64,000 bases of DNA, taken from assembly GCF_002571385.2 (NCBI RefSeq), contig NW_019217989.1, positions 37,136 through 101,135 of the forward strand, in the 5' to 3' direction. Below, piece after piece: positions 47,784-62,159 of this stretch. Source of the stretch: Stylophora pistillata. Taxonomy: Eukaryota. Positions within the stretch are counted from its first letter, which is position 1; every line of letters starts with the position of its first letter. The translations under genes were made by a program, and so were the position numbers. A model generated the notes under the pieces. It saw only the letters and a program-made list of their open reading frames with translations. It did no database searches and had not been told where the DNA came from.

Positions 47784-50700
47784 CCCTTTCAAGATTTTGT
47801 TCTTCAGTTCTTGTTGGGTCAGAGGTCGCTGGTCATCCTCGGAACCTGAAGAAGCATCTGAGTCGTAATCATCACCAGTTGTGGGCGGAACAATCGCCAC
47901 TGAAGTCATTCCTGGCTGAGGTCCTTGACCCAAAAGACCCACTGCCACGGCCGGTTCACTATCACCATCAGTTTCCTGGAAAAGAGGTAACAAGAGAAGC
48001 ACGATAACAACAATCGCCACGAAATCGGACATAATCACAGAACATAGTAAGTTACATTATAATATAGTTTACCTTTGAAGAGACAAAGCCGTGGACTTGA
48101 AGAAGCTCATTTGTTCTTTGCTCGATTAACCCAAGGAACTAAAATCAAATTACAAAGGAATTTAATATACATGTACAGAGGTATCGCCTCAGTAGATTTA
48201 GTGGATTTAGTGTAAAGTTACAGTGTTAATATGCTTTTGAAAAGCAACTACTTTTAAGCCGTTTTAATACAATAAAGCAAGCATTAACTAAACCGTTTGA
48301 GGAAAAGAGCAAAACAGGAGCATAACAAAAAGATACACATGCGTATACACCAGTTGGCCATAAATTCACTTTGGACACTATACTGTAAAAAGCATCTCTC
48401 TATCCTGTGTCACTGGACAAATTCAAAGACACTTGAAATTGTAAAATGACACCAAGGTTCCAAAGCTTTCTTTGATATTAAACAATGTGTCTCCTCCAAA
48501 CTTAATTGTCAGCTGAATCAAACTTACAGGACCTCAACTTCATTCGAAACCTTTTTTTTTCATTTTATTCATAAATTTTTTAACATCATCAAAAAGTCAA
48601 ATCTAAGGAGGGCTACGAACTGGAACCACCTAGCGTCACTTATGTTTAGGTCATTTGCCTACAAATTCAAGTTGTAGAAACGTATTAACTCGCCCAGAAG
48701 TGAATAAATTAGCCTGATAAAAGAGGAAAAAGAGTAACATTCCTTCGATACCTGCATCATGTTGACATCTGTAACCCCTGATGTTCCTCCTAGCATATCT
48801 GTTATGGCGCTTCGGTCACAGTTGATCTTATTAAATAAAGAGTCCACCCCTTAAAATTAAAAGGAATACAGTACAATTATTGGCTAGTCTTTGTTTGTTT
48901 ATTTTTTTTTTTTCGGTTTATTTTTTTCGGTTTATTCCAAAGTTTGCTCCACTGCTATTACGTATTTTAACAAACATTACAGACAGGTCTGTGAAACAGA
49001 AAGCATAAAATGTGGCACGATGAGAACTTTTCTCGTCATTGCTGATATGCCCTTGGAATATAATCTACTGTATGACTTCACAAGGCATAACCTTGTTTAT
49101 CACGGGTAAATTCGAACAACTGAAAGCATTTAAAGCTGACTGACACTCAAGTTAAATTAACTTACGAGCTGAAAACTATTGCAGATCAAGCGAGCCCTAG
49201 TTTAGAGGTAATTCACCTGATTTGAGTTGTTCAATGATTTTCTTGCTCTGCTTAAACTGCGTGTCATACTGATCAGCTTGTTCAGTGGAAGATGACAAGT
49301 TGTCTTCTAAACCTTTCAGAAGGGCCTTCCTTTGGCTTGCCATCTCCACTTCCTCACTTTTGAACTTCTCAATTTCTGCTTNNNNNNNNNNNNNNNNNNN
49401 NNAGGGGGAGGGGGGGAAAGTTGAAAATGAAAATTTCTGATGAAGTCAATTACGATAGTTTCATCCTTTACCTCGTTTATTTGTTCTTGCAGCTGCTCAA
49501 TTTCATTATTGAGTTCGTTGACATAGTTGAAGAGGGCAAAATTCTTGTCTTCGACTTCTATGAATTTATTGACCAACTGATCAATGTCCTCAATACCAGT
49601 GGCTTCTTTGATTGTGTGGAAAGCTGACTCGTATGACTAAAATGAAGGAAGCAATTATATCATACAAACTATCCAAAAACATCATTTATCAGAACCAGCA
49701 CAGGTAAATTGTTTAAGCGCAATAAGAGAGAGAATTGCTAACAGACACTGCGCCCGATCAAGCAGAACTGCAAAAATAAAACAAAAAAATTTTTCACTAA
49801 GGGTAACACTGCCGTTTGTCTCGAGTATAAAATTATTGTCGTAGCGCCAATTTTTTCCCTCACGCCCGACTATCAGTCTCCCGGATATGCGACTGATGGT
49901 ACATTATGTATGACCAGCTGACACTTAATACATACACACACAATATTACTGCAGTTAGAAGGTTACTGGTATGCTTAGTAAATGGCTCCTTGAATTATAG
50001 GACAGCACTACAAAAATCAGAGACAAAAGATTTGTTTTTATATAGAGGGACGCGTGACATTCTACGAACCTCAATAGTTTCCTCAGCTTTGTCGCCTTTT
50101 TCCTTTTCATCTTTTTTCTTCCTCTGAGATGACAGTTCGCCTTCCATCATTTCAGCTCTCTCTTCGCTTTTAATCCTCATGAAATCTTTCAGCTTGCGAT
50201 CATGCTCAATGATGCGCATAAGCTCCTTAAGTTCCGTGTTGTATTGTGCCAGATCTTTATCAGCTTTCTCTTTCAGCGCCATCATCTTCCCTTGAGCTTC
50301 ATCTCTATCAAAAGATACGACCAATTGGTGTGAATCAAACATGGTTCAGTGTACTTATAAAAAATAAACGGTGAAGAGTTCCCGGGGGATGTGATTCGTT
50401 ACAAATCACTTGCACATCTAAGAATTTTCACGTCACGATGAAAGAGGAACCTGAGTTACACAAATATATATATTTGAGATCGCGAGGAATGTGTTGGCTT
50501 CCCTTAGCAACTTCTGAAAACAAGCGTACTCTTTCCATTTCTATGAACCCGCCAAAAAATAAAATCAATAAAAGAAACAAAAGCGATAACTGATGATAAA
50601 AAAAAAAAAAAATAAGAAAGAACAAACATATAAAGCGGAATATAAATATTTGCAAAGTTTTCTTTCAGACTGAGAACCAGACTGGAAAAATATATTATTA

Positions 50701-53700
50701 GGATCACACAAAAATAAAGTTACAGTTTTCTACAAAATCTGAAGAGCAAGGGACGAACCGAGCCTCATAAGCTGCAGTAGATGTTTCGATACCATCCATA
50801 ATTTTTTGCTTATTCTCCACCAATTCCTTCTCTAGCTTCAGGCGAATGGTGTCAAAAGTCTTCTTTTCCACTCGCATGTGATCAAATGTTTCACGGAGCT
50901 TACCGTTCTCTGACAGGCAGCTGTTGAAGTCTACTTTGGCCTGAGAGAAGAAAAGAGTCTCCACATGAACATATACCTGACTGTACACTCTTTTTTTTTT
51001 TATATAAGAACGTCTGATTTGGGGGCTGAGGCTGAACGTTCTTTTTCTTTTTTTGCGTTTTGAGCCAAAATATATTTAAAATGTATAGTTGTGAGGTATA
51101 GTGTTTCATCAATTCGTGCATGACCACACTAAGTTCGACTACAAACCGAGTTGTAACAAGAAAATACAATAAGAAAACCGCATTGTTAATGTTAAAAAAA
51201 GACCCCTGAGTTAATTATCCAGTTCAATCACAGTTTTGCACTTGTTTTACCTTTATTTAAACTTCTCGCAAAAAATAGAGCAAAATAAAGACGTTCTTAA
51301 CTGACTCTTAACCTAGGTATGTTATGAGTATGTTCTTATAATTTTGGTTAATCTCAGCCTGAACGTTCTTATAAACAAGATTCTTATTAAAAAAAAAAAA
51401 AAAAGAAAAAAAGAGTGTACATGTATAAAGTAGCCCACTGTAGATGGTCTAAATGATCAGCACAGCAAGATCATCACAAAATTAGCCAGACACCTTTTTG
51501 GACCAATGAAGTAATAGCTATGAAATTGATCAAAGCATACCACCAGAGTATTAATAAGAATAACTCAGTGCCACTGTTTAAATAAGGATAGATCTTGTTC
51601 TAAAAATGTCACCCCGACCTCTGAGTCATCGGCGCGGTGCAAGTTCAATATTTTAATACCAAACTGCAGTACGGGATTTGATATTTTCTTCGCAAAAAAT
51701 TCAAAGAATTTGTGTAGAAAAGGCAAAAAAGTACAACATAACTCTAAATAGACATAAGCAAAGCTTTCAATCGTGGGAAAGTTAGAGAAGAAATCGTGAC
51801 ACACTCAAACGCAGCAAACATTCAAAATCTCTCTCTTGTATAAGGATCGTTCACCTTGTCTAATCTGTTTTCAAGAACTCTGATGTACTTTTGGGTCCTC
51901 TTATTTTGTAAGTGGCTGCTATGTACGCTAATAAAAAGAATATGCAAATTCAAAAAACGTTACATTAAAGAGAAAGACGAATTACAAGTATAACATATAA
52001 AAAAAAAAATTACAAAAGACAGCAAATTCAAACCAGAGGAACGTGTTATAAAATCCATAAAAAGAAACTCTTTCTGGGACCTCTAAAATAGATGTAGTAA
52101 AGTAAAAACAAACGTAACCAGGTGATTATCAGGGTTTACTCTAGAAACAGGTCAAAGAAGGCTCAAGATGGGGGGTACCTCGAAGGTGTTTGAACTCATT
52201 TGTGTAGTCTAGTCTGGGAGAAATCCAAGAAGAAACAGGCAATAAAGTCCCAAGTGAGTTTTATATCCCAGCTGCACATCAATCTTGTTATTAGTTATGC
52301 TCATGGAAACTTTCTTCAAAACAAAACTGATAGCACTTAGAAATGGTACTTAATAACCTTAAGTGGAATTTTTTGCACCCCATGAGGTACAGAAAAAATT
52401 CCAGCCACCTTATTTATGAATCCTCAGAAAGACAAAGTATCAAAAGGCTAAAGGTTTGGACCTTGCTAAAATGAACAAGGTACAATGGTATGGTAGGTAT
52501 GCTATGAACTTGTTTACTCAGTCTGCAGTTTATATTACATGCCTATAATTATAACTGTACAATGTCAAGAACTATTATCATTATTGCCAAAATTCTTACA
52601 TCTTACCCTCCCATATTTTTTCTTTGCTGTTTAGTCTTCTTTTCCATCAATCGTATCTAGAGTTTGAAATAAAATGTTCAAACAGTGTTGAGAAAGTAAA
52701 AGGTAGGGTCAGACTTATAAAATCAATACAGAGACATTAATAATGAAAATTATCCACATAACAGATGACATAGAGTACAGGTTATAAATACACTGTGCAA
52801 GCTTAGTACACAATTCTCACCTGATCATCAAGTCCCTTGATGTCATCATTCAACTCGTCAAGCTGCAACTTGAGATCATCTAAGTTTGTACAATATTATT
52901 CTTTTTACTGAAATCCTTCTCAAATTAATCTGCTTTTAATATTACATGTAGATAACACTGAGTGTCATTATGCTTTATTAAGTAGTATGATTGTCTGAGT
53001 GAGAATAGTCCTCTGTTTAATATCACAACGAGTTAGAAACTTTCAAAACAATGTCTTAAAATGCATTTATAACTTCACTTAGGATGCCCACATTTTACAA
53101 ACAACTCAGTGACCAGGCCACCTGTGTCCACCATTGCTTTGGAGGGTGGAAACCAAAATTTGGGATGAACATAACAGCTGATGCTTTTATAGGTTGTTAC
53201 AAAAACTCAAAATAAGTGGTCAAAATGAACCTTTGTGTAGACCTGAATTGTTCAAACTGATCACCAAAAGACAAATGAATAGGAAGAGATGAAAATTACC
53301 TGAAACACCACAGTAAACTGCATGATTACAATAAACAGCAACTAAATTACCTTCTTTGTTTAAAAGGCCGTTTAATTTGTCCGTATTTGTTCTATCCTAG
53401 GTGTAAAGAAAGTGACTTTAAATTAGTAATTTACGTCTCATAAGAGGATAAACAATACTTCTAACTATAACCAAGTTTGAGGCTCTCACTGCAGATTAGA
53501 GACAACGTTTCTCTCTTCCATTCATGGCCTAAGTGCAGCAGAGAGGGGGTGGTGGGTAGTTTGTGCTCACTACCCAATGTTGTTTCCAGGTTTTCATTCC
53601 TAGAACTGGTATTAAGTGTGGGCTAAGTTTGATGTTGATTCATGTCCTTGCTCCAAGGGTTTATCAGAAGGTTTCTTCCTCCTGAATTTTCCTAATACCC

Positions 53701-56700
53701 CACATAAACCATGACCAGATCCATGATCAAATTTCACACAGGGAAATGGTGAATGAAGAATTACATGTATCCTGTTAATTAAAAGTTTTTAAGTGCTAAA
53801 TTCTACAATTATTTTTTGTTATTTTCATCAGTGATTTGCCTGAGGTAGTCCAAGAAAGCTCTGTGGCACTTTGTGCAGATGACTGCAAGGAGTATAGGTT
53901 GGTAAATTGTCCAAATGACCTAATGATGTTTCACGACAATCTAGATAGTCTGTGTGCTTGGAGTCAACGGAACAGGATGACCTTCAATGTGAAGAAATGC
54001 AAGATGATGCGCATTACCCGGAAGAAACAACCATTCAGATCTAGCTTCACCCTAAACAGATCGGACATAGAGGAAGTTTATGAGTTTTGCGACCTAGGTT
54101 TGCTTATGAACCATCATCTTTCCTAGGACTCTCATGTTGATGCTATTACAAATAAAGCTAAGAGAATCTTGGACCTGCTAAGAAGAACCTGTACAGGTTG
54201 GAAGGACACCAAAACTCTGAAGATGCTGTGCTGCACGATGGTTAGATCACAAGTGGAATATGGAACAATTGTGTGGTCGCCACATACCAAGAGAACCATT
54301 GAAAAGCTTGAGCGCATACAGCGGAGGGGAACAAAATTTATTCTCGGAAAAAAGAATTTTACTTATGACAAGCGCTTGAAATGTCTCAATTTGCTTTCAC
54401 TTGAAAAGAGACAGTATCTTTTTGATGTTACATTCTTGTACTAGGCTTTAAATGGATACTTAAATGTGGATGTTTTTCCATTTTTGAATTTTTATTCTCG
54501 GAACGATCCGTACAGATTTAGACATGTTGTGACTATTCCTTGAAGATGAATTTTGCGAGAACGACTAATTTTAAATCCACTTATTTTAATAGAGTTGTTC
54601 AAATGTGGAATTTGATACCCTTAGATATTAGATTATCTCCTAGTCTTGCAGTTTTTAAGTCTAGAGTGAGGAAGTTTTTAAATAAGGAACATTGACATTT
54701 TTAATGTTTTTATTTTTGATCTAAAATTTTTCTGTCCGTTATTATATTTGACTTATTTAGATTAGCTACACAATGATCTGTCTTGCATGGAGTATTCCAC
54801 TCTTTTACAGATTATCATTATGGCTTTGTTTGTTTGTACATTTAGATTTATTTAATTGTCATCATTGCCATTAAATTGTAATAAATAAATAAATTCTGAA
54901 CTCTATATTCTTAAATTACAGGTGCAGTTATATGAAAAATTAATTTTGTTAACATGGCTGCCGGCCAAATTACCTGGCTCTGGTTCTGCAAACTTCCTGC
55001 CAGTGTATTATCTTTCACCAGCTCTGCATTTTCTTTTTCAAGGGATTGAATGGCTTCTCTGTTACAGGAAGGAAATGTATAAGCATTGGTTTTCTGTCAA
55101 ATAACCCCTTTGTTTCAAATATTTTTTCTTTTATTAATTGCTACATATGATGAGGTTTGCTTCATGAAATATCTATGTATTCACCCTGAAAGGATATGTG
55201 GAAATACTCTGAGTAAAAGGGTCTGGGAAGCCTCAAATTATTTGTAAAGGACAGTTACACGACTTAAAACAAAGTCATGTCCTGTAACTAGTCAGAGCAT
55301 TAAAGATTCAGTCAAAGCAGGGATTTATAGTGAGGTACAGATTGTTCTTAAATACAGAGTATAAAATAATCAGGATAAACAAAAATTTCAATACCAATGC
55401 ACAGATTTTTTAGACTCGATCTCAAGAAATCCCATGATACAAATACAACATTCAAAAGTGCAAACTTACGTCTGTTTTCTTATTTGATTCTGTGTCTCTT
55501 CACTATAAGCCCTTCTGTCTCCTTCAATAATTCGATATTGACGCTGAAGTTTAGCAAGCTCTTGTTCAGCTGTGTTCCAAGAGATTGAAAGAAAGCATCA
55601 AGGACTATTGACCATTGAAAGAAAGCATCAAGGACCACTGAGCTAACTGCCTCCTGGTTAGCTCAATGGATAGAGCGCTGGACTGTTGCGCAGGAGGTCG
55701 AGGGTTCTAGCCCCGGCCTGACCAACACTCAAGGTCTTAAAATAATTGAGAAGAATTTGCTACCTTTCTATAACATCAAGAGATGGTTAGATATTCTAGT
55801 CTTCTTGGATAGGGATGAACAAATGGAAGTCCCGTCTCCTACAGGGTTAGGGGTAGGAGACGTTTATTTCCCACACACAAGATTACTGTGTGATGGATGT
55901 CCTCCCCTGGGGTGGGATGGGTGGGATGGGTGGGATTTATTGGGTGGACTACTCACATGGTTTGCATAATTATGTTCCGTTCTAGTCCTACCCTACTGCG
56001 GTAATGCAGTGAAAATGGTTAGAAAAAAAGAGGAACACCCAGAGCATTCATCAACCATGCATATAGTTAAAGCAGAAGCATCCCATTAAATAGTGAGGTT
56101 TGAATAATGATAATAAGATAGGTAACACATCTTTAATTGTCATTAAGTCACTGAACAGATAGAAAGCTCAGAACACACACAATCTACATGCACATTTCTG
56201 AAATTATCATGTCAGTCATAAGCAGCACTCTGCTGTAATGGAAAAAAGGCTCACCAATGCTCCACATGTCTCTCACTTAAAGAAGCTATTCAGGAGGTTT
56301 TACTGTTTTTTCTACAAACAAGCCAATTACTGATGTTTAGCCCCCTTGATTGGTTAGTTTACACTTTAAAAAAATCAGGCACAATGAACCCTATCAAAGT
56401 CTTTTTGTCTATACAATTCAAAGGGAAAACACCACGTCATATCTGATGATTGATATTATTAAGTTGCAACATTTTTTATGTTTTAATGGAGCTATCATTT
56501 GCATGTTATCGGATATTCTGATTAAAGCAAAGTGAAAGATTTAAAAGGTGATCATACTTTGGGCTTCACACTTAAATTTGGCTGGTTTCCGAGAATTTTC
56601 ATGTTTTGTGCGCATGCAACACACTACAGGAAGCAAAATTACCTAATCCATCAACTTCTGCCTCGCTTCCTTCAGATCTCCTGCTATGGACTCTTTGCAT
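47784..56700 (-). CDS. Outer dynein arm docking complex subunit ODAD1 (CCDC114)/CCDC63-family protein; final exon not located
   Basis: ATG 56700 (MQRVHSRRSEGSEAEVDGL), then exons near 55470-55569 (AEQELAKLQRQYRIIEGDRRAY), 54974-55058, 53351-53396, 52821-52878, 52608-52657, 51855-51927 (IRVLENRLDK), 50759-50940, 50070-50304, 49472-49636 (FIEVEDKNFALFNYVNELN), 49218-49381, 48752-48849, 48073-48138 (FLGLIEQRTNELL), 47784-47976 (RPLTQQEL). Probable 5' UTR exon with donor near 57204. Confidence 0.88.
50986..51417. mobile_element. Tc1/mariner-type MITE (TA TSD)
   Basis: TA-cactctttttt...ataagaa and ttcttat...aaaaaagagtg-TA ends. Confidence 0.65.
53815..54894 (+). mobile_element. 5'-truncated, decayed CR1/L2-group LINE, antisense in ODAD1 intron
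   Basis: ALCADDCK (YADD motif), WS..N.M.FNVKKCK.M.I, DLG, VRSQVEYG..VWSPH, LERIQRR.TKFI; ends in a (TAAA)n tail at about 54879-54894. Confidence 0.9.
55646..55965 (+). mobile_element. tRNA-derived SINE, family B (Nin/Deu-domain-like core)
   Basis: A box TAGCTCAATGG, B box-like GGTTCTAGCCC, core ggttagatattctagtcttcttggatagggatgaacaaat...gtcccgtctc; second copy at 18735-19045. Confidence 0.75.
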
Positions 56701-56879
56701 GTTGATTCTGAAAAAAGTATACACCTTGATGAACACATGCATTTGGATGGGAGAGTCAACTGATTAGATGATCGTGCTAGTTGATTTCAGGACTTATGTA
56801 ACTAGTTGTTTCTGATATCAATTGAACACAAGTTAAAACTTTGATCAAAATTGTCCATGAAATCAATTTCTGTCTATGC

Positions 56880-57000
56880 TTCCGTATAACCCCATATCAA
56901 TCAAAAACAAAGCCGTAGTTCCAAAGGAAATCTGTTGTTTTGCCTCTGCTTTCCTTTATCCTAGAATAGAATGCATAATGAAGTATGGGGTTATACGGAA
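56880..57000. mobile_element. Small MITE / inverted repeat
   Basis: ttccgtataaccccata ... tatggggttatacggaa perfect 17-bp TIRs. Confidence 0.65.
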
Positions 57001-57204
57001 ATCTTGCCCAGAACTCTAGGGTAGCAAGCTAAGTCCACCTGAGTTCGAGAATATAAAAGCTTGATCATGAATTCATCGGCAACTAGAGGCCCAGTACCGA
57101 GAGAGAGAAAAACAAAATTATGTGAACTCATCTCACAGAAAAAGCAATCTCCCAAAATAATTTATATTGACAAACAGGGAAATCGTATGCGCTTGTTAAC
57201 TTAC

Positions 57205-57688
57205 CAAATTGTCTCTCTGACAGCTTCCCAGAATATTGAGATGTAACTGAGGTTGGAGCCTTCGTTTATTTGTTCGGGAGCCCAATTTGCCACGTTCGTT
57301 GTCATAGAAATGAACGAACAGTTCTCCATTTACGGTCAGCAGTTTCCGTTGCAAAGAGATTTGCGTCATATAAGAAAGTAGTAAGATGGGAGAGCTGGAC
57401 AGTCGGAGAGCTGTTGACATGACGTAGTCAAAAGATCTGAAGATCCAACCGCTTAATGAGAAGAGCAGACACTCTTGTGGACTCAAGGAACGACTCCGGG
57501 GACTTCAGAAGTTTCCCGTGCTGCATACTTTAAACGACGGTGAAGAAAATACAAACAATATTTCTAGCTGTATCGGAACAAAATATATTGTCAAGGGATC
57601 TTGTCAAGAGGGAAGGTGACTTCAAGTTAATAGTGAATGTTGCTGTATTATTGGAGAGCTCAGGGGACATCCAGGATAAGGAATAACC
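57205..57688. promoter_or_regulatory. Divergent promoter/5' UTR region shared by the ODAD1-like gene and MRPL20
   Basis: Relatively CpG-rich stretch between the probable first ODAD1 exon (minus) and the MRPL20 ATG at 57689. Confidence 0.5.
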
Positions 57689-60338
57689 ATGGTTCGGGCA
57701 CCTCCACCAAGTCGGGCAATAAAAAGGACAAAAATCCTTGCTCTTGCGAAGGTAACGTACATTCGTGTGTAAATCTTATGGAAAGTTTGTTAGACGCTAT
57801 TTCGGCTTGTTGAGGTTAAACATACTGTACTAAACTGTTGAACACACCGCTTGTCTTGAGCGAGTCAACATATAGATATTATAAATATTATAAATATTTT
57901 CTGGCAAATCAGTCAATCAGCAGTGTGGCAAGCATATGTTTTTGGGTAAACTTTTTTATAGTATATCGAGTTGTATGTTGCTCATAGCAATCAGATCATC
58001 AGATCACCACATTTGGATTTCTCTCACCAATCAGCTCAGCACGTTAGGGTTTCTAGCACGCACCAATCATATTGCTGCATTAGGATATGTATCTTACACC
58101 TATCAGATCACAGTATTGGGGAGAGCTTGCACCAATCAGAGCAACAGAGTATCATCCCTCATGTCAAACATGTCATGAAATTAGGGTACCCTAAGGCAAT
58201 TTTGTTTTTGCATATAGCAAGCATTGTGGCTGGCAACTGATTTGCTATACTTGACTCCAAGAAGCCAAAAAATTTTATAGTGACTGCTACCCATGCTTTT
58301 TCAACTGTTTTTTAACCCGGCTTGATACTGGTTGAAAACATTTTTCTACCAAATAAATAAAAAAGACAGTTATTTCTGCAAACAGACATATCCCAACAGA
58401 TGACCTTAGCCTTTCCTTGTTGAACAATAACAACCAAAAATTCATCAATTGTTTGATATTTCTGAAAATTTGAACCATTCCTTGTGTTAAAGTAATATCT
58501 TAACTTTTTGTTATTGTCACCACATGCTTGACACTCTCCTTGTCCTTTTACCATTTTTTTAATTTCAGGGTTTCCGTGGTCGTTCAAAGAATTGCTATAG
58601 TATTGCAATTAGAAGAGTGCATAAGGCTTTGCAGTATCAGTATATTAGTAGGAGGTTAAAGAAAAGAGAAATGCGTGCAGTGAGTAATAATTCACCACTT
58701 TTTAAATGGTACAATATTTTAATGATTTTGTCATGATCTTAAACAAATGACTGTGTCAACCCTGTAACTCCTAAGTTCCAATTGTTAGTCTTCCTCTCTA
58801 ACTGCCACAAATTTCCCTTTAAATTGGTTACAAGAATTTGGTGTTAGATAAAGATAATAACTTCTACCACAGGTGTTCCAAGCTCATTTGTCAAGAAAAA
58901 GCAAAATATTAATTCATGATTTGGTGATTTCTACCATTTTGGGTTTGCTCTGCAATCACTGTTATTCCTGTTATAAGATGAAGTGTTTGTCTTAGAACAG
59001 GAATTCCTTATAATGCCTTCAAATTCTCACCAATTCCTCATATAACTCAACACTGTCACACAACGCGCAACGCTTTCAGGATTTAATTTTTTGCTGAGAT
59101 GTGAACTTAGGATGCCTGTGCTTCTACTTGATAAGTTTGAGTAGTCTCAATACCTATTTGTTAGATAGTGTAGGGAGTGAAAGGGTTAAGATATTCATTA
59201 CTCTCCTCGCAGCTTTGGATAACAAGAATAAATATTGCTACAAGAGAACATAATGTCAACTACTCTAACTTCATCGACAAAATGGCTCAGGTATGAGAAA
59301 TTATCTCAGTCTAAACCAGTGACTGTGTATGGACAATTTACATATGGTGAGGCATTGTTATTCATGTATACAATTACAGAGTTTAAAGATACTCTTTTGT
59401 AGCGGCATAACCATTTTTTATATTGAATGTAATAGAAATATGGAATTCATTTTTGTGAAAGTAAACTGTGCTAAAATAACACCACTGAGGAAAAAAAAAA
59501 ACACAGTAAATCTTACTATGGTTGTATGTTAGAAGTTTCTTTCCTTTGTCCCCAGTACAATATCCAGTTAAACAGGAAGATCCTTGCAGACCTTGCTATC
59601 CATGAACCCAGATCATTCAAGGTTTGTGTTTATATTAATTAGGTTTTATGTTGCAAAATGAAAGTAAGTTTCACTGGAAATGTGCAGATGGAGAAAAAAA
59701 TCTAACTTAAGATGTTTTATTTTAACCAAACCCAAAATATGTTAGCTGTAGTGTGGAGGTTCTGTTGTCTTTACTGAAAATTGTACTCCCAAATCATGAT
59801 AATTGTCTTAAACTAAGAAGTGTCAAGAAGTAATAATGGTTCTCTCTAAGTGTGAGGAGAAGAATGAATAAATACTGAAACAGAAGTCATAAAATACAAG
59901 TTAAAATCATGGTAACTTCTCTATCAATTTTCTTGTTTTCCTTGGTCAGTTGGGGTGTAGAGTGAAAACAAGTTGTTTTGGTTACTATGATATTTGCTGT
60001 GGACAAGGCACTTTGTTCATTACAAAAGAGACCCTGAATGGATTGAGAGTTCCATTTCTCACTTTGAAGAGCCCTTTGATATCACACCTTTGCCTGGGAG
60101 ATGAACTGACAACGAATGTCCCTAACATTTGATACTGTAATGAAATGGTGGAGGTCTTTTTTTTTATGCATGGTGATTACAGTGAAACAATGATTTTCAA
60201 TGAAATTCACACTCAGCATAATAGTAATTACATGATTTATTGTAATTAGCTGTACTTATGTAATTGTTGCTTTGTTAACAGGCCCTGTCAGAACTTGCAA
60301 AGAGTCGCTTGAAAGACGGTTTATTGGCAGCCATATAA
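57689..60338 (+). CDS. MRPL20: Mitochondrial ribosomal protein bL20m, 5 exons
   Basis: Exons 57689-57751 (KILALAK), 58569-58679 (GFRGRSKNCYSIA...LKKREMR), 59213-59290 (LWITRIN), 59556-59621 (IQLNRKILADLAIHEPRSFK), 60282-60338. AATAAA at about 60544. Confidence 0.95.
58757..59189. mobile_element. Degenerate TTAA-type MITE, apparently with an internal insertion
   Basis: Ends tcaaccctgtaactcc and ggagtgaaagggttaa. Confidence 0.45.
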
Positions 60339-62159
60339 TAACTTGTGTATCCTCAACTAAGCTTTTTTGAACAAGTTTTATCTGTGGCAGCTCTGGTGGC
60401 AAGAGTAGAAAGACTTTATTGTAGCCTGTTAGCTGCTCTGTTATTTAAAAGATACTAGAGAATTTGTGGTACTTTTTGCTGAAGGGTGCATGCTTCTTAT
60501 TTTCCATACCATGATGTCACTTTTCTTTAAAGTGGAGTAGCTGAATAAAGAATTTTTTTTGTCAAAGAGTTCTAGTTTTATTCAAGATTTTAGTTAATTA
60601 TTTTAGAAATTGTTTCAGTTGTTTTTGTCACATTTGGTAGTTTTTCAAGATAGCTGTCTTCTGAGGCAGCACAAAATTGAAAGTGGTAGTGGCTTTTTAA
60701 AATTGTAATATTTGGAAAGTTGATATTTCCTCTATTATATCAGCTGCAAATTGTATAGTAGAATGATACCTGTTTGCTTCAAGAATGAAGAAATGGATTC
60801 ATGTATCTCAATTGGTTTGATGAAGCTCGTGCTAGCTTAGATTAATTCTTTTTCTATCATAGACATATGTATGTTGGTAAAAGCATTCACCATTTTTTTG
60901 CCTATAGCAGTGCTTTGTGTTTGAAGATTTGTATTGCAAATCTAGGAACCAAAACTTTTTTTCTGGTTGTTACAACCAGCAAATCATTAGAATCTTGCAG
61001 TACTTCTTCAGAGGTTTATCTCTGAAGAACTCATAATTTCTTTTAATCTCTCTCTCCCCCAGTTTAATTTGTTGGATACTCTCCTTCAGTATGAGTTTAG
61101 GCATTTCTCTAAGCAAGTTTCTTAGCATTGAGGTTCTCACATGTGAAAGGCTTCATAAGATCTGCATGAAGTTTCAATTACTTCCTCTTGCAGAATATTT
61201 GTTTATAGCCTAGTGACATCCATAGAGATTAAAACTGCGCTTTGTGGGACTTACGTCCTTTCTATGAATTGATAAAGTTTGTCTGTTTGTATATCTTTTG
61301 AGGTACAACTTCTGTGTTTTGGCTATCAGCTGAACAATGTAGTCTACAAAAGATGACATTTCTGTCACCTGGTTGCCATGATATGAGGTTTTATTTACAG
61401 TTCTTTTCCCCCACACCCTTTAAATATAAGAAAGGAAAAGACTGTATTTTTAGTTCTGTCTTTAAGGATTTGGGGTAGTTTCCACCGCTCCCTCTTTTAG
61501 GATTTGGGGTAATTTTTCACCATTTCATCTTCAATATGTGAGGTAATTTTCCACCATTTCATCAAGTAGGATTTTGGGGTGATTTTCCAGCATTTCACTT
61601 TTCAGGGTTTGGGGTAACTTTCCACCTCTTGGTCTGGCTTTTAGGGTCGCACATTTATTTTGCATGTGTTGTTTTGAATGCTCTCCTAAGTTGGTGCAAA
61701 GCAGACCAAAAGAAGGCTAAACAAACTGGTCCACTTGCGCATGTGCAACGCTTCAGTGTGGAGCTGTTTGAAGGGATGGTGGGAAGTGAGTGAACCTCCT
61801 CTCAGGAGATTTTTAATCAGTTTTCAAGATGGCTGCACTGCCATCTGAAAAAAAAAATGGTCCTGACTTTAAATAGTGCTCCAAAATCAGGTTTCCAAGT
61901 AAGGACTGGAACCTATTATTATTTTTCAATAAGTCGAAAATTTAAAAAAAGCTAACTCCGAAGCTGCTGTAGAACAACTGAGACAAGCGAAGAAGTTAAG
62001 AAGAGAAGAACTGAAGTCCTTCAAAGGCAAACCAAGCGAAATTCAGTACAAGTTTCACTGCAGGATTCCCAAGAGGAACTGAGGGAAAGATGACGAAACG
62101 CGGAGCCCCACTCCATGGAGTACCCTATGTAGTACCTTAATGGAGTACCCCTAAAAGTC

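Noticed and set aside
57196-57486. 96-aa minus ORF as an N-terminal extension of the ODAD1-like protein
   Set aside because: Splicing from its donor enters the next exon out of frame with the conserved ATG at 56700; likely 5' UTR or uORF.
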